From contig OY969724.1 in assembly GCA_963702205.1 (NCBI GenBank), positions 2,528,001 to 2,592,000 of the forward strand: a stretch of DNA of 64,000 bases. The letters run 5' to 3'. How positions within the stretch are numbered: the first letter of the stretch is position 1; the number at the start of each line of letters is the position of its first letter. The position numbers were made by a program, and so were the translations under genes. Of the stretch, positions 18,438-28,950 are shown piece after piece. The DNA is from an uncultured candidate division Zixibacteria bacterium. GTDB taxonomy: Bacteria > Zixibacteria > MSB-5A5 > GN15 > PGXB01. Under the pieces are notes generated by a model. That model worked only from the letters and a program-made list of their open reading frames with translations. It ran no database searches and had not been told where the DNA came from.

Positions 18438-20825
18438 TCAATCTATGAGAGCCGCAAAGTGGGGATCGAGCTGGACCTCTTTTTCGGTCGGTCCGGCATG
18501 TAATTGCATGGATAGATCAAGAATTTCTTTGGCTTTCTTGAGGTCGCCGGACAGGGCATAGACGCGGGCAATGTTGTACAGGATTTCACCATCAGCCTCG
18601 TCACCATGGCTGATGTTCTCGACCATGTCGATGGCTCTTTCGAATTCCCCGAGTCCGGCCAGCGCCATGGCTTTGTACACTTTGACATAGACGTTGCCCG
18701 GATCGTCTTTTTCGTATTCCGCTCCGGCTTCGATAGAAAGCTGGAAAGCCCTTTCGGCTTCGGCCGGATGGCCGGCCAGCTTTTCCAGCAAACCATTGTA
18801 GTAGTGAGCGATGAAAACCATATAGCCGTTTTCTATCGACTCGGCGAAACATCGACGGCCCTTATCGAATTCGCCTTGTGACATATGGATATAACCCGAA
18901 GAAATGCAGCAGTTGGGGTCGCCTTTAAATTTAGAGGCCAGGTTAAAATTCTCGAGGGCGAGGTCGGCCAAACCAAGTTTCAGGTATATGGTTCCGAGGT
19001 TGTAATAGGCGCGGCCATAGTCGGGTCCCAGTTCAATGGCGCGCCTTAACGTCGCCATCGCCAGAGTGTATTTGCGCAGGTCCATATTTATAAGACTCAA
19101 GAGCAGATGCGTCTCCAGATCAGTAGGAGCCTGCCGGAGGGCCTTTCCGGCCCATTCCAAAGCCTTATTGTGATCGCCTTGCATTTCTTTCAGCCATGCC
19201 AGGGTTCTGAAACCGACGGCATACTTGGGGTTGAATTCTATGGCCTTCAGGAATGATTTCTCGGCCTGGTTAAAGCTCCCCGTAAACATCTGGCATCGTC
19301 CCAGGGCGCGATGGCCCTCGGCCAGACGGGGATTTATGGTAATGGCTCGCTTGGCGGCGTCGATAGCGGCCATGATCTTTTCCGGCGTGTGCTCGTAATA
19401 GGCCATATACTGGAAGGCGTAGACGTCGGAGAGTCCGGCATAAGCCAGGGCCATGTATTGATCAATACTGATGGCCTTTTTGAACATATCCACGGCGAAT
19501 TCGAGATCGTCGGGTTTATTGGTCTGATAATAGCTCTTGCCCTTGAGATAATAATCATAAGCGGAGACATTGGTCTTGAGTATCTCGTCGACTTCTATTG
19601 CAGAATATCCGGTTACTTCGGCCAACATGATAGAGGCGTCCTCAGCGGCTTTTGACAGGATATCGAAAAGCTCTTCGACCTGGCCGTCGTATTTTTCAGA
19701 GAATACCAGTGTGTCCCCTTTGCCGCCATAGATGCTCAAACTTAGTTTTATAATATTGGCCAGTCTCATCAATGATCCGGTCATCACGAAATCGGTATGG
19801 CATTTGTCGAATAATTCCGGAATATCGCGGGGGACCGAGGTCGCCGGTTCGGCCGTCACGACGAGGTCGGTTCGTTTGGCCAGTTCGTTGCGGATGTCAT
19901 CGGTAAAGCCCTCGGCGAAATAATCCCAACTCGGGTCGCCGGACAGATTCTTCAGGTGGATGACCGTAATGGTTTGTCGTGGCCGGATGGTGGTCATATC
20001 GGACGCGCCCGGGTCGGCTGACCGGCTGGAATTCATAAACTCGATGACTTCGTCCATATCGGGATATCTATCCGACGGCGACTTGGCCAGAAGTTTCTGT
20101 ATGAGGAAACCAATCCAGGCGGGGAGGTCACGATTCAATTCGCAGGGGGAAGAAGGGTCCTCGTGCAGAATCGAATACATTATGCTGGCCGAAAACTCGC
20201 CCTCAAAAGGCCTGTGGCCTGTAAACAATTCATAGAGTATAATTCCGAAACTGAACAGGTCCGAAGCGGGTGTCAGGGGTTCTCCCGATAATTGCTCCGG
20301 TGAAAGGTAGAGCAGGGTTCCTTCAACATTGCCCTGGGCATCGACGCTGTCGGTGTGGATGGTTTTAGCGAGACCGAAGTCGAGAATTTTCACCTGACCA
20401 TCAGCGTTAATGCCGATATTTTCAGGCTTCAGATCGCGGTGGATCAGCCCGGCCTTATGCGCGGCCTGAATTCCCCTGGCTATCTGCAGCACAAGGTCAA
20501 GTTTCTGTTCTAAATCGAGATTTTTCGCAAAATCCGCAAGCAATTCGCCGCTTATCAGCTCCAGGGCAATAAAGGGAATGTTGTCGATCTCGGATTGTTC
20601 CCAAACCCCGACGACGTTGGGCGAATCGATACTGGCGGCGATTTCCGCCTCTTTGGCCAGTTTCGCCCGGTATTCAATCGAAGAGGCGAGCTTCTCGTTG
20701 ATAAGCTTCAGGGCGACGTCGCGGCCGTTGGAGGAATCATAGGCCCGGTAGACGGTACCCATGCCGCCTTTGCCGATTACCTCGCGGATTTCGTACTTGC
20801 CAAAATTTGACCCGGTGGTAAGCAT
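18438..20825 (-). CDS. Hanks-type Ser/Thr protein kinase with a TolB-like domain and TPR repeats
   Basis: GKGGMGTVY, VALK, HRDLKPEN, DFGLAK, GT..Y.SPEQ; NLSGDPSWDYFAEGFTDDI; many TPR helices. Confidence 0.93.
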   Translation of the reverse strand: MLTTGSNFGKYEIREVIGKGGMGTVYRAYDSSNGRDVALKLINEKLASSIEYRAKLAKEAEIAASIDSPNVVGVWEQSEIDNIPFIALELISGELLADFAKNLDLEQKLDLVLQIARGIQAAHKAGLIHRDLKPENIGINADGQVKILDFGLAKTIHTDSVDAQGNVEGTLLYLSPEQLSGEPLTPASDLFSFGIILYELFTGHRPFEGEFSASIMYSILHEDPSSPCELNRDLPAWIGFLIQKLLAKSPSDRYPDMDEVIEFMNSSRSADPGASDMTTIRPRQTITVIHLKNLSGDPSWDYFAEGFTDDIRNELAKRTDLVVTAEPATSVPRDIPELFDKCHTDFVMTGSLMRLANIIKLSLSIYGGKGDTLVFSEKYDGQVEELFDILSKAAEDASIMLAEVTGYSAIEVDEILKTNVSAYDYYLKGKSYYQTNKPDDLEFAVDMFKKAISIDQYMALAYAGLSDVYAFQYMAYYEHTPEKIMAAIDAAKRAITINPRLAEGHRALGRCQMFTGSFNQAEKSFLKAIEFNPKYAVGFRTLAWLKEMQGDHNKALEWAGKALRQAPTDLETHLLLSLINMDLRKYTLAMATLRRAIELGPDYGRAYYNLGTIYLKLGLADLALENFNLASKFKGDPNCCISSGYIHMSQGEFDKGRRCFAESIENGYMVFIAHYYNGLLEKLAGHPAEAERAFQLSIEAGAEYEKDDPGNVYVKVYKAMALAGLGEFERAIDMVENISHGDEADGEILYNIARVYALSGDLKKAKEILDLSMQLHAGPTEKEVQLDPHFAALID

Positions 20826-20947
20826 ATCAGATCGTATTTTGCAGGCCGATCTTCATTTAGGCGTTGATTGTCGGCCCATAAATTTTTATAATTAGTTGAC
20901 CTGAATAAATATAACAAAAATTGCCCTAAACCAAAATAATAATTGCC

Positions 20948-22231
20948 ATGACCGATATTTCAGATCAGGAATTGACCAAACTGAAAAATGCGATTTCGGA
21001 ATTGTCCGCATTGAATCAGATTGCCGGGGCGATTAATGTATCGATGTCGGTCGACAAGATTTCGAAAGTAATAATTGACCGGTGTTTGAAAAAGGTTTCG
21101 GCCGAGCAGGGGACGATATTTCTGCTTGACGAGGAAGAAAAATCCGACCAGTTGAAAACGTTCGTGCGCCAGATGGATTCCGGGGTCGAACAAATCCCGC
21201 TGCGATTAAATCTTAATTTGACCGGCTGGATCATTAAGAACAAGAAAATACTGTTGAGTAACGAGCCCAAGACGGACAACAGGTTTATGGAACTGGATTT
21301 TGACGAAATAGGTATCCGATCGATCCTGGCGGCGCCGCTTTTGACCCGCAAGGGACTAATCGGAGTGCTGGCACTTTTTAATAAAAGTGGCGACGGTGGC
21401 TTTTCCGAAGAAGACAAAAGGTTTACCGGAATCGTGGCGACGCAGACGTCGAGCGTCATCGAAAACGCCCGCCTGTTCGAGCGTGAAAAAAAACTCATTA
21501 CCATAGAAGAAGAACTCAACATCGCTCAGAATATCCAGCGCGGATTCCTGCCCAAAGGTGATTTTGTCAGCGACAGCGTTGAAATCTGCGGGATAAACAT
21601 ACCGGCCAAAGAAATGGGCGGCGACTACTACGATATTGTCGATCTGGGAGACGAGCGGATTTTTATTTCGCTGGGCGACGTCTCCGGGAAAGGGATGCCG
21701 GCGGCACTGCTAATGGCCAACGCCCAGGCGGTACTGCGGTCACAGCTTTCCCGAGTTAGCAAAGATTCGCTTCCCGAGATTGCAGCCAGCCTGAATCACC
21801 TGATCTATCAGTTCACGACTCCGGCGGAATATATAACGGCGATTTTCGGCTATTATGACGGCCATGAGGGGAAACTGCATTATATCAACGCCGGTCATCT
21901 GCCGCCGATAGTTATCGGTCCCGACGGCCACATGCGCAGTGAGGAAAAAGCCGATCTCGTCATAGGGGTATTTCCGGCCGTAGAATATACTCCCAATGAA
22001 ATTGAGCTGCAATCGGGGGAATTTGTATTTATCTGCACCGACGGCATCACGGAAGCTGAAAACAACGAAGGTGAGCAGTTCGGCGATAATCGACTTGAGG
22101 CGTTTTTGGCCGGGAAAGGCGGCAGCAATGCCTCCGGCATCAAGATGAAACTCCTGAACGAACTATCCGCTTTTCGTGCCGGGGCGCTTCAATCAGATGA
22201 CATCACCATGCTGCTTATTATAAGAAAATAA
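20948..22231 (+). CDS. GAF-domain SpoIIE/RsbU-type PP2C phosphatase
   Basis: GAF (IRSILAAPL..IGVLALFNK..FSEED), then MGGDYYD, GDVSGKGMPAALLM, NAGH, TDGITEA, DDITML. Confidence 0.93.
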   Translation: MTDISDQELTKLKNAISELSALNQIAGAINVSMSVDKISKVIIDRCLKKVSAEQGTIFLLDEEEKSDQLKTFVRQMDSGVEQIPLRLNLNLTGWIIKNKKILLSNEPKTDNRFMELDFDEIGIRSILAAPLLTRKGLIGVLALFNKSGDGGFSEEDKRFTGIVATQTSSVIENARLFEREKKLITIEEELNIAQNIQRGFLPKGDFVSDSVEICGINIPAKEMGGDYYDIVDLGDERIFISLGDVSGKGMPAALLMANAQAVLRSQLSRVSKDSLPEIAASLNHLIYQFTTPAEYITAIFGYYDGHEGKLHYINAGHLPPIVIGPDGHMRSEEKADLVIGVFPAVEYTPNEIELQSGEFVFICTDGITEAENNEGEQFGDNRLEAFLAGKGGSNASGIKMKLLNELSAFRAGALQSDDITMLLIIRK

Positions 22232-22239
22232 AATCGGCG

Positions 22240-24309
22240 ATGAGGATTTCCGCAAAAAATATTGTATTATATTTTGTATTGGTCGTGTCGGTAATTTCAA
22301 TTGTGGTGAGATTTTTATATCTCGATGCCGACCCACCGCTTTTTTTTCAAAATACGTCGCAGGCTCTTCTGACTGATCCATATAATGTAACCTATGCCGC
22401 CCGAAATAAAGCCCTTTTCGACAAATGGGATACATTCGATTATCATCGATGGGAAGCGTTTAAGTATTCTCTGTCGTCATTCAGTGCATACATCTTTTTT
22501 AAGCTGGGGGGAGTATCGAGGATTACGGCCAATCTGTCTGCAACGGGTCTAAGCCTGTCGGCCATTTTGCTTTTTATCTGGGCGGTTTATTCGTATTCTC
22601 GACGGGCCTCGGCGTTTGCCGCCGTGTTATTACTGGCGAATGCCTTTATAATCATTTACGGGCGATACCCGTTTCTTGAAAACGGTCTGCTTTTCATCAG
22701 TGTCGTGCTGTTCGTGGTATTCGTAAAATTCTATCCCCGAAAATGGGCTATAGTTGCGGCCGCGATTTTAACTTCCCTGTGTGTCTTATCGGGAAAGGCC
22801 TTCGGTGTTATTATGGCGGTTCCGGTAATGACCATAATAGTGTTCGAGCGTCGTCAAAAATGGCTTCTCGATCTCGGGTTCTATGTGGTTTCGGGCATCA
22901 TTTCGGGCATAGCCCTATTATGGTTGTATTACGGTTCACGTTATGATATTGTATATCATTATATTTCCGAACAATCGACCGGGCTTTACGGTTTTCCGCA
23001 GGCGCTGTCATCGGTGCCGGTCTTTTTCGAGCAATTGGTGAGTTTCGGCGGGCAATCGAAGTTTTATTATTTATCTCCGTTTATTTTATTTCTGTTTTTT
23101 ATAACTTTGGTAAATCTGCTCTTGCGTGAAGGGAATCTTTATGATTATCTGAAGAAAAGACGTCAGTTTCTGTTCTGCCTGGCCTGGTTTTTCTTCGGTT
23201 TTCTTTTTCTAATGGTTTTCAATAACCGGCCGTTGAGGTACAGAATGATTCTAATGCCCGCGCTGGCCGGCCTGATTGCTTTTGGCATGGCGGATTTGCC
23301 GAAAACCGTCCGCGATCAAAAGTTGAATATTCCGAGAATAATCGGAACTTTATTGCTCTGCTGGCATGTTTGTACACAAGTAATATTCCTGTTTTATTCA
23401 TCCAAAGTCACCCCGGCGCAGCATCACGCAATAAGCTGGTACACGTTCATCCCGGGCGCTCTGTTTACCGCGCTTATTTATTTTTTGCATCGACCGACTT
23501 TCAAATTTATCAATTATAAATCACTGCTGCCGTACGCACTTATAATACTATGCGTTTTTTATCAGGGCCATTGGATATATGACTGGTTCTCGCATCGTGT
23601 CTATGAATTAAAAAGGGCCAATCAGGATTTGGAGCAGATAGTCGCGCCCAATGCAATCATAATGGGTCCTTATTCGCAGGCTCTGACAATCGATAACGGT
23701 CTCCTATCGTTCGTATATATGTTCGGTTTGACCAGTGTCGAAAACGATCTTTTCTCCGGAACTCCGTTTACGCACGTCGCCACCGACGGGGCCAATTGGG
23801 ATAGGGCGACGCGCATTTTTCCGGATCTAAAAAATCAGGAGTCCGAGACACGCTATTGGGTCAGGGAATTTTCGGTTGATATATATCGCTGCCCGGAAAC
23901 CGACAAAGCCCGGCCGTACTATCCAACGGACTATGAAAAAGCGGTAGGATTTTTATACACGAACTCCCCTGATAGTACCCTTTTCTACCTGAACCGCTTT
24001 CGAGAGAAGTTTCCCAATAATGTCTCGGGATTAACACTTCTATCCAATTATTATCTTGTAACGCGGCAATTTTCAAAAGGGTTGTCGGTCATGGATGAAA
24101 TCAACGAGCTTTATCCGGGTGAATTCACGTATTGCATCGAAAGCGGATTCACATACTACAAAGTCTACCTGCTGACGGGCAAACCGGAAATGCTTTCAAG
24201 GGCCGAGGAGCTATTCAGGCAAGCGGTGAAGCTGAATCCGTTGGCGGCGGAAACAGTAGACGATGCAAGACATCAGGCCGACGAGACCATGCGGAAATAT
24301 AAGAAATAG
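22240..24309 (+). CDS. Polytopic GT-C fold glycosyltransferase (ArnT/PMT-like) with C-terminal TPR
   Basis: Many TM segments; first loop containing TDP..YAARN..LF; R.PFLE; K after a TM; PLRY motif; C-terminal helical repeats; locally T-rich sequence. Confidence 0.65.
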   Translation: MRISAKNIVLYFVLVVSVISIVVRFLYLDADPPLFFQNTSQALLTDPYNVTYAARNKALFDKWDTFDYHRWEAFKYSLSSFSAYIFFKLGGVSRITANLSATGLSLSAILLFIWAVYSYSRRASAFAAVLLLANAFIIIYGRYPFLENGLLFISVVLFVVFVKFYPRKWAIVAAAILTSLCVLSGKAFGVIMAVPVMTIIVFERRQKWLLDLGFYVVSGIISGIALLWLYYGSRYDIVYHYISEQSTGLYGFPQALSSVPVFFEQLVSFGGQSKFYYLSPFILFLFFITLVNLLLREGNLYDYLKKRRQFLFCLAWFFFGFLFLMVFNNRPLRYRMILMPALAGLIAFGMADLPKTVRDQKLNIPRIIGTLLLCWHVCTQVIFLFYSSKVTPAQHHAISWYTFIPGALFTALIYFLHRPTFKFINYKSLLPYALIILCVFYQGHWIYDWFSHRVYELKRANQDLEQIVAPNAIIMGPYSQALTIDNGLLSFVYMFGLTSVENDLFSGTPFTHVATDGANWDRATRIFPDLKNQESETRYWVREFSVDIYRCPETDKARPYYPTDYEKAVGFLYTNSPDSTLFYLNRFREKFPNNVSGLTLLSNYYLVTRQFSKGLSVMDEINELYPGEFTYCIESGFTYYKVYLLTGKPEMLSRAEELFRQAVKLNPLAAETVDDARHQADETMRKYKK

Positions 24310-24311
24310 TA

Positions 24312-24593
24312 CTATAGCAGCCTGGTGAAGTCGTCGTACGGTATAACCGGCCAGGTTTCCGTTTCAAGAATGCCGAGAGCATTGATTTCCGATGCCACGC
24401 TGAAAGCCAGTGTCTGTTCGGCGGCGTCGAACAGGGCCAGATAATCGAACCGTCCGAGGGTCGCGAATATTTCCCGCATCTTAACCCCGTGCTTTTTGAA
24501 GACATCAAAAGACCGGTTGATCCGGGTTGATAAATCGCCGCGATCTTTTTTGGCGTTGGGGTTGATCGTCATAGCCATAATGAAAAGAGCCAT
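24312..24593 (-). CDS. GYD-domain protein
   Basis: 93 aa; GVK...FATLGRFDYLALFDA..G.LETET..P; GGGAGG RBS. Confidence 0.85.
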   Translation of the reverse strand: MALFIMAMTINPNAKKDRGDLSTRINRSFDVFKKHGVKMREIFATLGRFDYLALFDAAEQTLAFSVASEINALGILETETWPVIPYDDFTRLL

Positions 24594-24665
24594 AATTCTA
24601 ACCTCCCTTAATGGTATCTGTCTTAAAAATAAGCGATTGGAGATATTCGAGCAAGAAAAGAAGAG

Positions 24666-25595
24666 CTATAATTTCAATTCGTCGTAGTCGGGTCGGAGCA
24701 TATTGTAAAATCCCGGTATAATCGCAAAATCAAGGGGATAGTCGTCCCGCCTGATGAAATAGCGAGTCGGCTTTTCGACGTTCGGTTTATAGAAGGTCAA
24801 AGTGTGCTCCGTGCCGTCGTCCATTTTGACGGTAAACGTATAATCGGTCGTTTTAAAATCGTACTGGGTGCTGTCGTCGCCGCCCGGAAAACCGGTCGCG
24901 GCAAGGTTTCTCATAAGGTCCAGAACGACCTTAACCTCACCGGGATTGGCCGTAACCGATTTCGTGTACGGCTTCTTCGCTAGAATCCAGAGAGTGTCTT
25001 TTCTATCCACACGAAAGGTCTCTTTCGGGTAGGAGAAAACCATTTCGGCGATATGGGCGGTATCCAGAGTCACGATGGTCCTGGACAGCCATTGATTCCG
25101 TCGACGGCCGAAAGTATACGTGATTTGTTTGTTGGCGGCATAGACGAAATCTTCGTTGGGCCGACGAATATAGGTATGTTTGAAATCCGGCGTCGGTTTG
25201 CCAATTATAATTTCCGAAAGCAGTTTATCACCGTCATAATAATAAACGTGTATCCCGCTGGAATCATCGACGTTGAAATCAATTTGTTTGGCGGGATTTT
25301 CGGAAATGATATTTCCTACCGTAAGTGAGCAGGAACTGTTGACCACGTTTTTCATTATGGTCGTATCGGCCAAAAGAGGCGTGGCTTCTTCCAGATACCA
25401 ATGGCCATTATCAAGAGCCAGATTGAAAGTATCGAAAGCGTTGGTTATTTTCACGGCGTTTATATCAACGGGCGACAGGTCGAGAAAATTACGGATATTT
25501 TTCCCGGAGATTCGCTTCTCTTCGTGACGACTTTGGAAGAACCAAATCGCCACGATAACGAACAGCGTTATGGCAGCGAACATCAGTCGTCTCAC
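24666..25595 (-). CDS. DUF4340 domain protein
   Basis: N-terminal membrane anchor, IIIGK...TYIRR..E.FVY, W.SRTI. GTG start overlaps the gldG stop. Confidence 0.75.
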   Translation of the reverse strand: MRRLMFAAITLFVIVAIWFFQSRHEEKRISGKNIRNFLDLSPVDINAVKITNAFDTFNLALDNGHWYLEEATPLLADTTIMKNVVNSSCSLTVGNIISENPAKQIDFNVDDSSGIHVYYYDGDKLLSEIIIGKPTPDFKHTYIRRPNEDFVYAANKQITYTFGRRRNQWLSRTIVTLDTAHIAEMVFSYPKETFRVDRKDTLWILAKKPYTKSVTANPGEVKVVLDLMRNLAATGFPGGDDSTQYDFKTTDYTFTVKMDDGTEHTLTFYKPNVEKPTRYFIRRDDYPLDFAIIPGFYNMLRPDYDELKL

Positions 25596-27187
25596 TGGCT
25601 TCTCCCTTTCCTGGCGGAGCGTTTATACTGCCAGCGCACCAGCCCGAAGATAATGACCAGCAGGGGCATGCCGAGCATGTTGACGTATTTGACGAAATTG
25701 CGAGTGCTGTCGGAAACCACGTCGAGGGTTCGGCCCGTAACCTGTTTGGAGCGGATCGCGATCAGTCCCTGATCCTGAGTCATCCAGTCGGCGACATTCA
25801 GCAGCAGGACGAAACCGTTGGCGGCGCGTTTAAAATCATCGGTTATAAACGATCCATTGCCTATGACCACGATACGCGCGTCATCGGCTCCGACGTTGAG
25901 CTTGTCCGGAAACGCCGTGGTACCGGACGTATCCGGTCCTTCATATTTCGGCGCTTCCAAACCGCCGTAATAACTTTTAAATTTGCCCGTCAGCACCGCA
26001 CCGAGAGGGATGTTGCTTTTGACGAAGTCGGCATCGACATATTGCTTTTCCGGGGCGATATCGACCGGAAGAGCCCTTTCTCCGGCCTTTTCGGAACTGG
26101 TGAACAGAATCTGTCGGGTGGTGCCGGGTGTCAGGTCGAAAGAGAGGTCCAGCGGACTGATAAACAGAAAATCGAGTTTTTTGAAATCTTTCACGATGGC
26201 TATGTCGCGGTTAAAATTCGATATGGCCGGATAAAACGGATAGCGCACCATGCTTTGCATCTGGAACGACCCCATATTGCGCGTCACGGGAATCATATTG
26301 CATTGCAGATCGATGAGCAGTTTTTGTTCGATACCGACGCCGTAGTTGTTGAGGAGGCCCTGTAGGCCGGTCGTTATGGCACCGACAGTTCCTTTCTGAA
26401 TGTCGACATCGACTTCGTTCATCAGAAAGGCCACGTGGCCGCCGTGCATGATGTACTGGTCTATCAGATACAGTTCCCAGGCGGTCAGTTGGTTTTTGGG
26501 CTGCACGACAAAAAGGGCTTTGATTTGATCCGGGATATTGCGGATATTTTTCAGGTCAAGAAACTGCACGCGATAATCATCCGACAGAACCTGATAGGCA
26601 TATGACAGGCCCTGACTGAGGTCCGGGCCGCCGTCGCCCATCGCGAAAGCAATTGACGGGACTTCGTTTTTGACGAGCTTGTTTATCGCACGAGTGAGGT
26701 CATATTCAAGGTTGTTGGTGTTTTCTATGAACGGAATGGTCTGCATTTTGTCGCCATAGAGCAGGACCACGCCTTTGTAACCTTTGATGAATTCCGTCTT
26801 ATCGTTGCGAAAAACGTTGAACTGCAGGGGCGGAATACGATAGCTTTGAGCCTCATCCTCTTTATTATCTTTGGCCGGGTCGATGAATTCGTACTGCAGA
26901 TATCCGTTCGAGTACGCTTTATAGTCGTCGAGCAAATCCCTCAAATAACGGGCGTCGCCGTTGTGAGGCGGGGGAAGGTTCTCGGTAATAAAGGCTTTGA
27001 TAGTCAGGCGGTCGGTCAGATTTCCGACGATCTGCTTCGAGCTCGACGACAGCGAATAAATGCCGTCGTCGGTTAAATCCAGCCGTCCAAAGACGTTTAT
27101 TGAAATAAGATTCAGGACGATCAGTATGGCCGCAATGATGACGATCAGCATGATCGCCGATGATTTGGTTTTGATTTCCCTGGCCAT
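25592..27187 (-). CDS. gldG: GldG-like ABC transporter auxiliary component
   Basis: RLDLTDDGIYSLSSSSK, EFIDP, LEYDLT.AI, IDQYIMHGG, N.ADW, LIAIRSK, C-terminal TM. TAATG coupling to gldF. Confidence 0.85.
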   Translation of the reverse strand: MAREIKTKSSAIMLIVIIAAILIVLNLISINVFGRLDLTDDGIYSLSSSSKQIVGNLTDRLTIKAFITENLPPPHNGDARYLRDLLDDYKAYSNGYLQYEFIDPAKDNKEDEAQSYRIPPLQFNVFRNDKTEFIKGYKGVVLLYGDKMQTIPFIENTNNLEYDLTRAINKLVKNEVPSIAFAMGDGGPDLSQGLSYAYQVLSDDYRVQFLDLKNIRNIPDQIKALFVVQPKNQLTAWELYLIDQYIMHGGHVAFLMNEVDVDIQKGTVGAITTGLQGLLNNYGVGIEQKLLIDLQCNMIPVTRNMGSFQMQSMVRYPFYPAISNFNRDIAIVKDFKKLDFLFISPLDLSFDLTPGTTRQILFTSSEKAGERALPVDIAPEKQYVDADFVKSNIPLGAVLTGKFKSYYGGLEAPKYEGPDTSGTTAFPDKLNVGADDARIVVIGNGSFITDDFKRAANGFVLLLNVADWMTQDQGLIAIRSKQVTGRTLDVVSDSTRNFVKYVNMLGMPLLVIIFGLVRWQYKRSARKGRSQ

Positions 27188-27897
27188 TATTTCCACTTCC
27201 TGCTTTCAAGTGACTGGACGGTCAGGAATAAAAAGAAAAACATGACCGACAAAAAGTATATGACATCCCGGCTGTCCATGACCCCCCGGGAAATGTTATT
27301 CAAATGATAATCTATTGATAGAAATTGGATAATGTTCGCTATGAACCCGGGAAAGAGGAAAACGATTTTTTCAAGGATGAAAAACACGAAAATAATAACA
27401 AACCCGAGGATGAAAGCGACAATCTGGTTCTGTGTCAGGGATGACGTAAAAATACCGATCGAAAGATATGAACCGACCAGGAAAAACAGACCCAGATAGC
27501 CGGACATCGACGCTCCGAAATCGGGCGTACCCAGAAAAGAAATGGTCAGGTAGTGCACCAGTGTCAGCAGTATCGTAATGAATATCAGCGAACAGGCGGC
27601 GAAAAACTTGCCCAGCACCAGCTGCCACTCCTTTATGGGCAGGGTCATCAGAAGCTCGATTGTCCCGACTCTTTTTTCTTCGGAGAACAGCCGCATCGAA
27701 ATTGCCGGGACGAAAAACAGCAGGATGAAGCGCATGATTCCGAACAGGGTGCGGAGGTCGGGTGAGTTGTTCAGAAACAGGGCGGTGGAGAACTGCCAGC
27801 CGGCGATCAGCAAAAACAGCGTTATCACCACGTAGGCGACGGCCGAATCGAAATAGGCCCGGAATTCGCGCCCGGCCAGGACCAGCATCTGCCTCAT
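27187..27897 (-). CDS. gldF: GldF-like ABC-2 permease
   Basis: REFRAYFDS..AY, PAISMRLFSEEKR.GTIELL.TLP, LGKF, SSLTQNQIVAF, RGV.DSRD. Confidence 0.88.
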   Translation of the reverse strand: MRQMLVLAGREFRAYFDSAVAYVVITLFLLIAGWQFSTALFLNNSPDLRTLFGIMRFILLFFVPAISMRLFSEEKRVGTIELLMTLPIKEWQLVLGKFFAACSLIFITILLTLVHYLTISFLGTPDFGASMSGYLGLFFLVGSYLSIGIFTSSLTQNQIVAFILGFVIIFVFFILEKIVFLFPGFIANIIQFLSIDYHLNNISRGVMDSRDVIYFLSVMFFFLFLTVQSLESRKWK

Positions 27898-28835
27898 TGC
27901 ACCTGCTCCTTGCCGGTGAGCTTGCGGAATATATCTTCAAGAGAGGTTTCTTCGAGTTTCATGCCCAGCAAAATGCTGTCGTTATTTTTGCAAATGTTAA
28001 ATATTTCCTCGCGGGGATCGGTCGTCTTAACTACTTCCAGATCAAGTTCGTAGACGTCGTCGGCAGGTTTTTTTCTTAAGGTAACCTTTTCGACTGCATC
28101 CAACTGACTGACTTTTTCGAGAAAAGTGTCATAATTATTTTTGATCAGCACGGACAGGCGATTTTTGCCTTCGAACGAACCGCGCAGCTCACCGGGGGTA
28201 CCATCGGCGACGATGTTGCCCTCGCTTATGATCAGGACCCGGTTGCAGGTAGCTTCTACTTCGGGCAAAATGTGTGAACAAAGAATAACCGTCTTTTCCT
28301 CACCGAGTTGTTTTATGAGATTCCTGATTTCAATGATCTGGTTGGGGTCGAGCCCGACGGTGGGTTCGTCGAGAATCAGAATATCCGGGTCGTGCACCAG
28401 CGCCTGAGCCAGGCCGACTCTTTGACGATAGCCTTTGGAAAGTTCGCTGATATTTTTGGCAACGACTTTATCGAGGCCGCAAATATCGATGACTTCGTTT
28501 ATTCTTTTGTCCGTCGCGCCGCCATGACCTCTCATTTTATGCATGAAATTAATAAAGTCGACGACGTTCATGTCGGTATAGAGCGGCGTGTTTTCGGGCA
28601 AATAGCCGATCCGGCGTCGCACCTCGAGCGATTCGGTCAAGACGTCGTGGCCGTCGACGGATATCACACCCGAGGTCGGGGTGAGATAGCAGGTGATAAC
28701 GCGAACCGTGGTGGTTTTTCCGGCGCCGTTAGGGCCCAAAAAACCCAGTACGGTGCCTTTTTCTACTTCGAAGGAAATATTATTGACGGCAGTTGTGTCG
28801 CCATATTGCTTGATCAGGTTCTTGACATTAATCAT
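27894..28835 (-). CDS. gldA: GldA-like ABC transporter ATP-binding protein
   Basis: Walker A GPNGAGKTT, signature LSKGYRQRVGLAQA, LILDEPTVGLDPNQI. Confidence 0.9.
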   Translation of the reverse strand: MINVKNLIKQYGDTTAVNNISFEVEKGTVLGFLGPNGAGKTTTVRVITCYLTPTSGVISVDGHDVLTESLEVRRRIGYLPENTPLYTDMNVVDFINFMHKMRGHGGATDKRINEVIDICGLDKVVAKNISELSKGYRQRVGLAQALVHDPDILILDEPTVGLDPNQIIEIRNLIKQLGEEKTVILCSHILPEVEATCNRVLIISEGNIVADGTPGELRGSFEGKNRLSVLIKNNYDTFLEKVSQLDAVEKVTLRKKPADDVYELDLEVVKTTDPREEIFNICKNNDSILLGMKLEETSLEDIFRKLTGKEQVQ

Positions 28836-28872
28836 GGTGTCCGCAAATTAACAATAATCGATATGGCTTCCC

Positions 28873-28900
28873 AAAATATATTTAAAAACGGCTTTGTCAA
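28873..28900 (-). promoter_or_regulatory. Putative sigma70 promoter of the gld ABC operon
   Basis: Minus strand TTGACA-N16-TATTTT. Confidence 0.5.
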
Positions 28901-28950
28901 TCCGTAATTTGAGTTATACCCTGTGTTGATTTGGTCGGTTCCAAAATATT

